A DNA stretch of 34,360 nt from a virus. A program made the translations under genes and the position numbers. Below are positions 17,827 through 24,098 of this stretch, in pieces (positions within the stretch are counted from its first letter, which is position 1; every line of letters begins with the position of its first letter). Under the pieces are notes generated by a model that searched no databases, was not told where the DNA came from, and saw only the letters and a program-made list of their open reading frames with translations. The stretch lies in IMG/VR virus record IMGVR_UViG_3300045988_056976; one strand, given 5' to 3'.

Positions 17827-18192
17827 ATGGAATTCAAAATTCCGAAGAGCAGAGTTTACATTCTGCTGGACGAAAAAGAGCGCATCGTGAGAATCGAGGG
17901 CGAGTATAGCTTGCCCACCGACCTGACGGGGTGGGTGCAGATTGATGAGGGCTACGGCGATAGATATTCGCTGGCGCAGAGCCACTACCTCGACGGTGGG
18001 CTGTACACCATGCAGGGCATTCCCCGGTATAAGTACGAGGGCGGCGTATGCGTGCTGCGTAGCGAGGCGGAGATCGCAGAGGACGTGGCGGCACTGCCTA
18101 AGCCGGAGCCGTCGCAGTTAGAGCAGACACAGGCGGAGGCGGTGCAGTATAAAGCCGCCTTGAAAATTCTGGGCATCGAAACGGAGGGCTGA
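17827..18192 (+). CDS. hypothetical protein (121 aa), possible fibre assembly factor
   Basis: AGGAGG RBS. The C-terminal QYKAALKILGIETEG parallels ORF 15498..15863. Lies directly after the fibre gene. Confidence 0.55.
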   Translation: MEFKIPKSRVYILLDEKERIVRIEGEYSLPTDLTGWVQIDEGYGDRYSLAQSHYLDGGLYTMQGIPRYKYEGGVCVLRSEAEIAEDVAALPKPEPSQLEQTQAEAVQYKAALKILGIETEG

Positions 18193-18194
18193 AC

Positions 18195-18542
18195 ATGAGG
18201 ACGGACATCTTAGAGCAGGCGAAAGCCCTGAAAGCCAAGATCGACGAGAACCAGCAGATCGTGGACACGGTGGACGCGGCGGGCGGCATTACCGTGACGG
18301 TGGAGCAGAGCGACAAGCTGGGCTTCGACTGGCGTGTCTACGCAGTCAACAGCGTGGTGGTGCGGCGGGAGTACGAGCAGCAGGCAAACCCTGCGGGCAC
18401 GGCGGACAACCCCCTCACGTGGACGGCGACGGCGAAGCTGATCCCCAACGGGCATTACATCCACGAGGGGGTGACGAAGGTGTGGACGGGAGAGAGCGGC
18501 GTGACGGCATCGTGGGACGATGCGGGATGGGAGGTGGTCTGA
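18195..18542 (+). CDS. hypothetical protein (115 aa)
   Basis: ORF track with GGAGGG upstream. No recognisable motif. Confidence 0.55.
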   Translation: MRTDILEQAKALKAKIDENQQIVDTVDAAGGITVTVEQSDKLGFDWRVYAVNSVVVRREYEQQANPAGTADNPLTWTATAKLIPNGHYIHEGVTKVWTGESGVTASWDDAGWEVV

Positions 18543-18543
18543 T

Positions 18544-18852
18544 ATGTGGCAGCATCTCATCCCTGCCATCAGTGCCATCGTTGTGGCGGCTCTGACCAGC
18601 GGGGGCTTATGGGCTCTGGTGGGTAGACGGGCAGATAAGAACGACGCGGAGCGGAAAATGCTGGTCGGGCTGGCGCATGACAGAATCATACACCTTGGCA
18701 TGGTGTACGTGACACGAGGGTACATCACGCAGGATGAATATGAAAACCTAAATGACTATCTGTATCAGCCGTATGAGAAGATGGGCGGCAACGGCAGCGC
18801 AAAACGGGTCATGGAGGAAGTAAGGAAACTGCCCATCAAGCGAGAGGCGTAA
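18544..18852 (+). CDS. N-terminally membrane-anchored protein (102 aa), possible lysis accessory
   Basis: ATG at 18544. One hydrophobic helix (IPAISAIVVAALTSGGLWALV). Lies immediately before the holin. Confidence 0.55.
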   Translation: MWQHLIPAISAIVVAALTSGGLWALVGRRADKNDAERKMLVGLAHDRIIHLGMVYVTRGYITQDEYENLNDYLYQPYEKMGGNGSAKRVMEEVRKLPIKREA

Positions 18853-18870
18853 AGCCGGAAAGGAAGCATT

Positions 18871-19161
18871 ATGGATTTTGCAACTCTGGGTATCGTGAGC
18901 GTGGCGGCAATCACCGTCATCTGCTATCTGATCGGCATGGCTATCAAAGCCAGCGGTCTGGACAACAAGTGGATCCCCGTCATCATGGGCGTGTGCGGTC
19001 TGGTGCTGGGCATCGCGGGTATGTACATCATCCCCGACTACCCCGCCCACGACTACATCACCGCCGCTGCGGTGGGCATTGTAAGCGGTCTTGCCGCCAC
19101 CGGCGCAGACCAGATCGGGAAGCAGCTGAAATATTCCACGCGCCCCGAGGAGGCGGAGTAA
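18871..19161 (+). CDS. holin (phiLC3-like)
   Basis: 96 aa with hydrophobic helices and a charged C-terminus, directly upstream of the endolysin. Resembles the phiLC3 holin family. Confidence 0.75.
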   Translation: MDFATLGIVSVAAITVICYLIGMAIKASGLDNKWIPVIMGVCGLVLGIAGMYIIPDYPAHDYITAAAVGIVSGLAATGADQIGKQLKYSTRPEEAE

Positions 19162-19829
19162 TGGCCGCGCCGAAGGTCTACCTGTCCCCGGCTATGCACA
19201 GGGCAAACCCCTGTGTATATCACCGGCCGGACGGGAAACAGTGCTACGAGGCATTGGAAAACAACGAGTATATCGACATTCTGGAGCCGATCCTGAACCG
19301 CTGCGGCATTGCCACCAAGCGGGGCTATCGCCGCACCCCCATGAACGGGGACAACGGCGACGCCATTATGAAGCAGAACGTCCGGGAGAGTGACGAGTGG
19401 CACGCGGACGTGCACTACGTCAGCCACACTAACGCCAGCGCGGCGGGCAACGCCAAGGGCTGCCGCCCCATGTACTACACGTACTCCAAAGAGGGCAAGA
19501 AGCTGGGGGAGATCATGGTGAAGCACCGGAGGCAGATCTACCCCGGCACGGTGACGCTGAACGCCAGCACCAAATGGTATGAGCTGCGGGTGCCGAAGGC
19601 GGTGAGCTACTACGAGGAGCACGTGTTCCATGACAATCTGGAGGATGCCACGTGGTTCCACACCCACATGAAGGAGATCGCCGAGAGCGCGGCCAAGGGG
19701 CTGTGCGAGTATTTCGGGAGACCGTATGTGGAGAAGGAGGAGCCGGAGGAGCCTATGACCCCCGGCGAGCTGCTGGTGAAGATTATGAACAGCGCAGGAA
19801 CGTGCGGCACGTGGGAGCTGGTGAAGTAA
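19161..19829 (+). CDS. endolysin, N-acetylmuramoyl-L-alanine amidase-like
   Basis: ATG at 19161 overlaps the holin stop (TAATG). The pattern KVYLSPAMH...ADVHYVSHTNAS...YYEEHVFHDN is consistent with the Amidase_3 layout. No obvious cell-wall-binding domain. Confidence 0.7.
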   Translation: MAAPKVYLSPAMHRANPCVYHRPDGKQCYEALENNEYIDILEPILNRCGIATKRGYRRTPMNGDNGDAIMKQNVRESDEWHADVHYVSHTNASAAGNAKGCRPMYYTYSKEGKKLGEIMVKHRRQIYPGTVTLNASTKWYELRVPKAVSYYEEHVFHDNLEDATWFHTHMKEIAESAAKGLCEYFGRPYVEKEEPEEPMTPGELLVKIMNSAGTCGTWELVK

Positions 19830-19833
19830 GGAG

Positions 19834-19874
19834 AAAGATGCACCGAAACGGTGCATCTTTTTTATTCTTTTTTT
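19834..19874 (+). terminator. intrinsic terminator after the lysis genes
   Basis: A 12-bp stem AAAGATGCACCG / CGGTGCATCTTT with a 3-nt loop, followed by a T-rich run. Confidence 0.85.
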
Positions 19875-19884
19875 GAAAAAAGGC

Positions 19885-19913
19885 TTGACAAACCACGCAA
19901 TGCGTGGTAATAT
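19885..19913 (+). promoter_or_regulatory. sigma70-type promoter P1 with a palindromic operator in the spacer
   Basis: TTGACA (19885..19890), 17-nt spacer, TAATAT (19908..19913). The spacer holds the perfect palindrome CCACGCAATGCGTGG (19893..19907). Confidence 0.75.
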
Positions 19914-19988
19914 ATAAGCAGATCAAGAGAGTGAAAGCCGCACAGCGGCAGAGCTGACATGAGAATTATTTAACAGGAGGAACATAAC

Positions 19989-20525
19989 ATGAACGCACAG
20001 GAATTGATTTTGCGGTACAGAATCGCCCTTCAAATCGACGGACACGGCCAGCCCACCGGAAATCTGGTTGTGTACCGCGCCGACAAAGCGGCTCTTGCTG
20101 CTATCAAAGCCGCAAAGCCAGAAATCGTGTCCATGCTGCTGGAGCAGCGCGAAGCCGGTATCCGCGCAGAGCAGGAGCGGCAGAAGAAAATCGCCGCCAT
20201 CCCCGGCCTGCGGGAGATCGAAGCCGCCCGTGCCGATCTGGTAAATTGGAAACTGGAATTTGACGCCAGTTTTGACAGCGAGAACGGCGGCGGCGTGGGC
20301 GTCCGCCCCAAACCGAAGTATGACATGGACGCCATGTACGCCCAGTACCCCCGCGCCAAGGCGTATTTGGACGCGCAGGCGTTCGCGGCATCCGAAAACG
20401 TCGCAAAATCCGCAGCCGGAATAAAAGCGATGGAGTGCATCATCAACGGCGAAAACCATGAACAGGCCATCGACACTATGAACAGCGAGTGGGCGACACA
20501 CTGCGAATCCCACCTTTGGGACTGA
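19989..20525 (+). CDS. hypothetical protein (178 aa), accessory cassette 1
   Basis: AGGAGG RBS. No recognisable domain. Confidence 0.65.
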   Translation: MNAQELILRYRIALQIDGHGQPTGNLVVYRADKAALAAIKAAKPEIVSMLLEQREAGIRAEQERQKKIAAIPGLREIEAARADLVNWKLEFDASFDSENGGGVGVRPKPKYDMDAMYAQYPRAKAYLDAQAFAASENVAKSAAGIKAMECIINGENHEQAIDTMNSEWATHCESHLWD

Positions 20526-20537
20526 AGAGGAGTTGCC

Positions 20538-20861
20538 ATGAAAAACATTGAGATCAAGACCTACGGCAGAAAAATCAACAAGGAGACATTGGCCAACGCC
20601 TCCAACTCCACCAAGGGACTTGGCTCCCGCACGGGGGAGTACATGGAGATTTTTTACGACAAGTCTACCGGCGATGTCTGGTGCAAGTACCACTGGGACC
20701 GCGAGGAATGGACGGTCTACCACGACGATGACGTCACGAAGGTCGGTATTGCGGTACGATACAAGACCCAGCAGCAGATCGCGGACATGATCGCGGCAAC
20801 CCTGACGATGGAAGAACGCTGGGAGCGCGAGAACGCCGCATATCTGGCGGGAGGAACATGA
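20538..20861 (+). CDS. hypothetical protein (107 aa), accessory cassette 1
   Basis: GAGGAG RBS. No recognisable domain. Confidence 0.65.
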   Translation: MKNIEIKTYGRKINKETLANASNSTKGLGSRTGEYMEIFYDKSTGDVWCKYHWDREEWTVYHDDDVTKVGIAVRYKTQQQIADMIAATLTMEERWERENAAYLAGGT

Positions 20862-20873
20862 TCATGATGGTGC

Positions 20874-20902
20874 TTGACATTTCCTGCGCAGCGTGGTAAA
20901 CT
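20874..20902 (+). promoter_or_regulatory. candidate promoter P3
   Basis: TTGACA (20874..20879), 17-nt spacer, TAAACT (20897..20902). The spacer keeps only the right half (GCGTGG) of the P1/P2 operator. Confidence 0.45.
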
Positions 20903-20908
20903 GTTTCT

Positions 20909-21040
20909 GTCGGATGCAAGAGGCGCTTGCATCTGGTGCGGCGCGATCCTGCCGCCGTGGATTGAAAAGGTAAGAAGGACAAACACTTCAAACGCAGGAA
21001 AAGCACCGACAGATTGTCGGTGCTTTTCCTTTTTATTTTT
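20909..21040 (+). ncRNA. candidate ~130-nt structured small RNA or 3' UTR element
   Basis: Lies between P3 and a strong terminator. Contains the 8-bp hairpin GATGCAAG-aggcg-CTTGCATC (20913..20933) and the GC hairpin GCGGC...GCCGC. No ORF with an RBS is present. Confidence 0.3.
20997..21040 (+). terminator. intrinsic terminator ending cassette 1
   Basis: A 14-bp stem GGAAAAGCACCGAC / GTCGGTGCTTTTCC followed by TTTTTATTTTT. Confidence 0.85.
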
Positions 21041-21050
21041 GGAAAAAGGC

Positions 21051-21079
21051 TTGACAAACCACGCATTGCGTGGTAATAT
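21051..21079 (+). promoter_or_regulatory. sigma70-type promoter P2, a duplicate of P1 with the same operator
   Basis: TTGACA (21051..21056), 17-nt spacer, TAATAT (21074..21079). Palindrome CCACGCATTGCGTGG at 21059..21073. Block 21041..21120 is about 90% identical to 19875..19952. Confidence 0.75.
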
Positions 21080-21135
21080 ATAGACAGATCAAGAGAGTGA
21101 CAGCCGCTCCCAGCGGCAGAAAAGGAGAACAAACA

Positions 21136-21462
21136 ATGAATAACATTAAGGTAAACGTATATGAGAATAACGCCGGCGGGATCGCCTGCATCGTGCGCGA
21201 GGGTGACAAGATCTCTAACGTAGTCTTGAACTGCGAGATGTGGGAAGATAGCCCCGAGGAAATCAAGTCCGCATTGATGGCTGGTCTGCCCTACTGCAGA
21301 GACTACGACCCGGATAGCTGCTGCGGAGTAAGCATGGACGAGATCGCCTCCGAGATCGAGTGCAACCATGAGTGGATCGCGACCGTCACGTCGGAGGGCG
21401 TGGAAACTTACCCCGACTGCATGGGGCTCGCTGGGTGCAGAATGTTTGGCGAGCGTCGCTGA
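21136..21462 (+). CDS. hypothetical Cys-rich protein (108 aa), accessory cassette 2
   Basis: ATG at 21136 follows AAGGAG. No recognisable domain. Confidence 0.65.
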   Translation: MNNIKVNVYENNAGGIACIVREGDKISNVVLNCEMWEDSPEEIKSALMAGLPYCRDYDPDSCCGVSMDEIASEIECNHEWIATVTSEGVETYPDCMGLAGCRMFGERR

Positions 21463-21490
21463 CCCCGGCAGGCAAGGAAAGGAGAAAATC

Positions 21491-21871
21491 GTGAAAAAGA
21501 TTGAGCACAAAGTCATCCGCACCACCGGATATATCGCCGACAAGCTGTTCCACGGCTTGTGGGTCGAGGCTATCGCCTCCGTAGACCGGGACGCATTCAT
21601 CTCCGACTGGTCTCTGTCCTTCGTCTGGGATGACGCCCCAGACGCGGGCATCCCCGCAGACCGCATCGATGCGCTGACACGGCTTTGGGACGCCGCCCAC
21701 CTAACGATACGCGACATCCGCGCCCATACGGGACTTTCGCAGGCAGCCTTTGCCACCCGCTACTGTATCCCCACACGCACGGTGGAGGACTGGGAGCGTG
21801 GTGTCCGCACTTGTCCCGACTATCTGCGCCTGCTGCTGGCAGAGAGCGCAGGTCTGTATAAACGACCATGA
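21491..21871 (+). CDS. protein with a C-terminal XRE-type helix-turn-helix (126 aa), accessory cassette 2
   Basis: GTG at 21491 follows GGAAAGGAG. The C-terminus (IRDIRAHTGLSQAAFATRYCIPTRTVEDWERGVRTCPDYLRLLL) is a typical HTH followed by the WE-G-R-P motif. Confidence 0.65.
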   Translation: MKKIEHKVIRTTGYIADKLFHGLWVEAIASVDRDAFISDWSLSFVWDDAPDAGIPADRIDALTRLWDAAHLTIRDIRAHTGLSQAAFATRYCIPTRTVEDWERGVRTCPDYLRLLLAESAGLYKRP

Positions 21872-22056
21872 TCCGCAAGTGCGTCATCTGCGGTACCGAG
21901 TTCCGGACATCTCCATCCAACAACAAGCACACCTGCCCTACTGATCACCCGCGTCGATGGCGCAGCAAGCAGCACACCGGCGTGCCCAATCCGTTGTCAT
22001 TCCGTTGTCATTATGCGTCTCTTGATGCCTATTTATTGTCCGGATTCTCGTACTAA
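21868..22056 (+). CDS. small zinc-ribbon-like ORF, possibly truncated at the att region
   Basis: MIRKCVICGTEFRTSPSNNKHTCP... begins like small zinc-ribbon phage proteins. Its C-terminal tail is encoded by the 11-bp att-arm repeats. Confidence 0.45.
   Translation: MIRKCVICGTEFRTSPSNNKHTCPTDHPRRWRSKQHTGVPNPLSFRCHYASLDAYLLSGFSY
21991..22012. repeat. tandem 11-bp direct repeat CCGTTGTCATT x2 (candidate integrase arm-type sites)
   Basis: Exact tandem copies at 21991..22001 and 22002..22012. The GTTGTCA core recurs at 22223 and 22234. Confidence 0.6.
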
Positions 22057-22107
22057 TTTCGGTGCAACTCGGACTTTCGAAGCGGGTGAAGCCCTTGCAA
22101 ATAAAGG

Positions 22108-22147
22108 GAAACCGCCTGATTGTTGCAATCAGGCGGTTTCTGGTTTT
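22108..22147. terminator. bidirectional intrinsic terminator
   Basis: A 15-bp stem GAAACCGCCTGATTG / CAATCAGGCGGTTTC, T-rich on both sides. Confidence 0.7.
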
Positions 22148-22174
22148 GGAGCAGGGTACGGGAGTCGAACCCGT
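22147..22174 (-). other. 3' fragment of a tRNA gene (T-arm, acceptor 3' strand, CCA); candidate attP core
   Basis: The reverse complement reads ACGGG-TTCGACT-CCCGT-ACCCTGC-T-CCA, that is T stem, canonical T loop, acceptor 3' strand, discriminator U and CCA. No matching 5' half (GCAGGGT) lies downstream; the integrase stop is there instead. Confidence 0.65.
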
Positions 22175-22197
22175 TGAGAAAACAGGTATACACGGCT

Positions 22198-23355
22198 TCA
22201 ACACTCATTTTTTTGAACTGTCGTTGTCATTTTGTTGTCAAAATAGTCGTCGATGGATCTGTCGATCTCTATCATTCTGTCGGTCATCGTGTAGGCGTAA
22301 ACCTGCTTATACATCCAGTCATCGGACCAGCCGTTGCGCTCCTGCGCATACCTCGACTCCACGCCGAGCCGCACCATGATGGCGGCGTTGGCGTGGCGCA
22401 GATCGTGGAAGCGGCAGCGAGGAATGCCGGCGGCATCGAGTCCGCGGATGAAGCGATTATAGATCGTCTGGCCAGAGATGGGGATGATGTAGCCCTCGCT
22501 GCGGCCGGTGGCGTCTATCAGCGTCTGAATGTGGACGGGGACGGATACCCAGCGATCGCCGGAGAAGGTCTTTGGCGGCTTCACCTCGTCGCCGTTTTCT
22601 CCGGAGACAATGGCGCGACAGATGTGCAGCCTACCCCCAGAGATGTCCTCGAATCTGGCACCGCGGATCTCCGACATACGCATCCCCATCCACAATGCCA
22701 TAAGTACGGGCAGCTCCATGTCTGTGCCGGAGAATGCCGCGATGATCTTGCCGATCTCGTTGTCCTCGATCTTGCGCAGCTCCACCTTCCGCTTCTGCGG
22801 GAGGATGACGGAGATCCTTGAATCTGGCGCGAACTGTTTCAGGACGGAGACGAGAAGCCCTTCAACGTTCCGGATATACTTGGGGCTTTTCCCGTTTTTC
22901 ACCATCTTCCCGATCTCCCGCTGGATCTGCTCGGAGGTGATGGAGGAAGCCGACAGCTCCATCAGGCTCTGGAAGGATGTCTTCTGGAGACGCTTGTACT
23001 CCGCCGCGGTGGAGGGCGAGATCACCCCGTCTCGCGATTCGATATATTTCCGGTACGCCTCCTTCAGCGTCATAGTCGAGACGGCCTTGTCGGGTGCCTT
23101 CAGGCCGTGCTTGATGGCGGACGCCTCCGCCACCGCCTCCGCCTTTGTGGGGCGCGTGATGGACACGTCTCGCCCATCCACGCGGACGCGGCACGTCCAC
23201 GACCCGCTGGGCAGCTGCCGCGCTGTAGGTGCGTCGCTCCTGGTACGCTTCTCCCGCACCTGCCGGGTGCCGCACCACTTGCAGTAGACGCTGTCGCCGT
23301 CTATCTCACGACCGCAGCCTTTGTTCTTGCAGATCACACTACCACCCCTTTGCAT
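22198..23355 (-). CDS. int: tyrosine recombinase / phage integrase with an N-terminal zinc ribbon
   Basis: CKNKGCG...CKWCG at the N-terminus. Catalytic signature RMSEIRG ... FHDLRHANA ... VYAYT. A GTG at 23337 after AAGGGGTGG is a possible alternative start. Confidence 0.9.
   Translation of the reverse strand: MQRGGSVICKNKGCGREIDGDSVYCKWCGTRQVREKRTRSDAPTARQLPSGSWTCRVRVDGRDVSITRPTKAEAVAEASAIKHGLKAPDKAVSTMTLKEAYRKYIESRDGVISPSTAAEYKRLQKTSFQSLMELSASSITSEQIQREIGKMVKNGKSPKYIRNVEGLLVSVLKQFAPDSRISVILPQKRKVELRKIEDNEIGKIIAAFSGTDMELPVLMALWMGMRMSEIRGARFEDISGGRLHICRAIVSGENGDEVKPPKTFSGDRWVSVPVHIQTLIDATGRSEGYIIPISGQTIYNRFIRGLDAAGIPRCRFHDLRHANAAIMVRLGVESRYAQERNGWSDDWMYKQVYAYTMTDRMIEIDRSIDDYFDNKMTTTVQKNEC
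22221..22242. repeat. second pair of GTTGTCA repeats (TCGTTGTCATT TTGTTGTCAAA), candidate arm-type sites
   Basis: Read in the sequence with the same 11-bp phasing as 21991..22012. Lies within the integrase 3' coding end. Confidence 0.5.
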
Positions 23356-23361
23356 AAAGCC

Positions 23362-23378
23362 GTGCCCGAATCGGGCAC
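23362..23378. repeat. 17-bp palindrome GTGCCCGAATCGGGCAC, copy 3 (extended to 23357..23383 by AAGCC/GGCTT)
   Basis: Exact match. Lies between the lipoprotein stop and the integrase start. Confidence 0.9.
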
Positions 23379-23391
23379 GGCTTCTGTCTAT

Positions 23392-23835
23392 TTATCCGAC
23401 CTTCTCCATGCGGATGGTCATAGTGGAACCGAGGGCACTGGCTTCGTAGCTCAGCTGACCGTCGGCATAGGTGAACGTCTTGGCGTCATCACCGCTGGCA
23501 AGAAGTGCGAGGGAGGTCTGCTCCTTGTCGTTCTGAGAATCCCATGAATACGGTTCGTCCGCCGTGGTGGGGGCAACGAATGTCCCTGCCCAGTACAGGC
23601 TCTTAGTGTCGCCATTGTCGGAAACCCAGTTTACGACAATTTCGCTGCCGGAGATCGTGGCGGCCTGCCAAGCGTCCTCAGAGTTGCTGTTGACTTGTTT
23701 CCACTCGCCGGTCAGGTCGGGAGGAGATGCAGGCTCTTTAGTCTGCTCGCCGCCACTGTTGGCGGGTGTGTTGCCGCAGGCACAGATGGACAGTACCATA
23801 ACGGCGACCATCAGGAACACAGTAATTTTCTTCAT
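23392..23835 (-). CDS. putative lipoprotein (147 aa)
   Basis: Signal peptide MKKITVFLMVAVMVLSICACGN with a lipobox-like Cys. Low-complexity linker followed by a beta-rich domain. Confidence 0.75.
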   Translation of the reverse strand: MKKITVFLMVAVMVLSICACGNTPANSGGEQTKEPASPPDLTGEWKQVNSNSEDAWQAATISGSEIVVNWVSDNGDTKSLYWAGTFVAPTTADEPYSWDSQNDKEQTSLALLASGDDAKTFTYADGQLSYEASALGSTMTIRMEKVG

Positions 23836-23958
23836 CTTTTTCCTCTTTCCGCGACAAATCTGCCGCTTTTATATATTTTCTGTAAAGAATTTGCATTTCA
23901 CTGGATATATCCTGCCGAAGTGGTACGATAAAGGTACTATTTTGAGGAGGGAAGTACC

Positions 23959-24069
23959 ATGAATGAGCAGGAGGAGGCATTATTGCAGCTATTTGACAGC
24001 TTAGACCCGTCGGCGCAGCTGGACGCGCTGGAGGCGGCGCGGTCAATCAAGAACAGCGGTTGCCTTTAG
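23959..24069 (+). CDS. small ORF (36 aa, MNEQEEALLQLFDSLDPSAQLDALEAARSIKNSGCL)
   Basis: Not in the ORF track because it is under 60 aa. ATG lies 7 nt after GAGGAGGG. Followed at once by palindrome copy 4. Confidence 0.4.
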   Translation: MNEQEEALLQLFDSLDPSAQLDALEAARSIKNSGCL

Positions 24070-24074
24070 GAGCG

Positions 24075-24091
24075 GTGCCCGAATCGGGCAC
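24075..24091. repeat. 17-bp palindrome GTGCCCGAATCGGGCAC, copy 4 (extended to 24072..24094 by GCG/CGC)
   Basis: Exact match. Lies between convergent ORFs 23959..24069 (+) and 24099..24749 (-). Confidence 0.9.
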
Positions 24092-24098
24092 CGCGTGT

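Noticed and set aside
18969-19160. N-terminal extension of the endolysin ORF (track start 18969)
   Set aside because: The extension overlaps the holin gene in another frame and is Arg/His-rich. ATG 19161, coupled to the holin stop, gives a sensible amidase N-terminus.
20874-21083. 69-aa plus-strand ORF in the inter-cassette region
   Set aside because: No RBS, and it reads through a 14-bp-stem terminator and the P2 promoter. The region is better explained as non-coding (candidate sRNA).
19053-21756. Minus-strand ORFs 19053..19856, 19923..20723 and 20734..21756
   Set aside because: They are antisense to plus-strand ORFs that have strong RBSs, promoters and terminators. They also cross those terminators and promoters.
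22147-22230. A complete tRNA gene
   Set aside because: Only the T-arm, acceptor 3' strand and CCA are present. The upstream sequence cannot form anticodon or D arms, and no matching acceptor 5' strand (GCAGGGT) exists. It is interpreted as an attP core.
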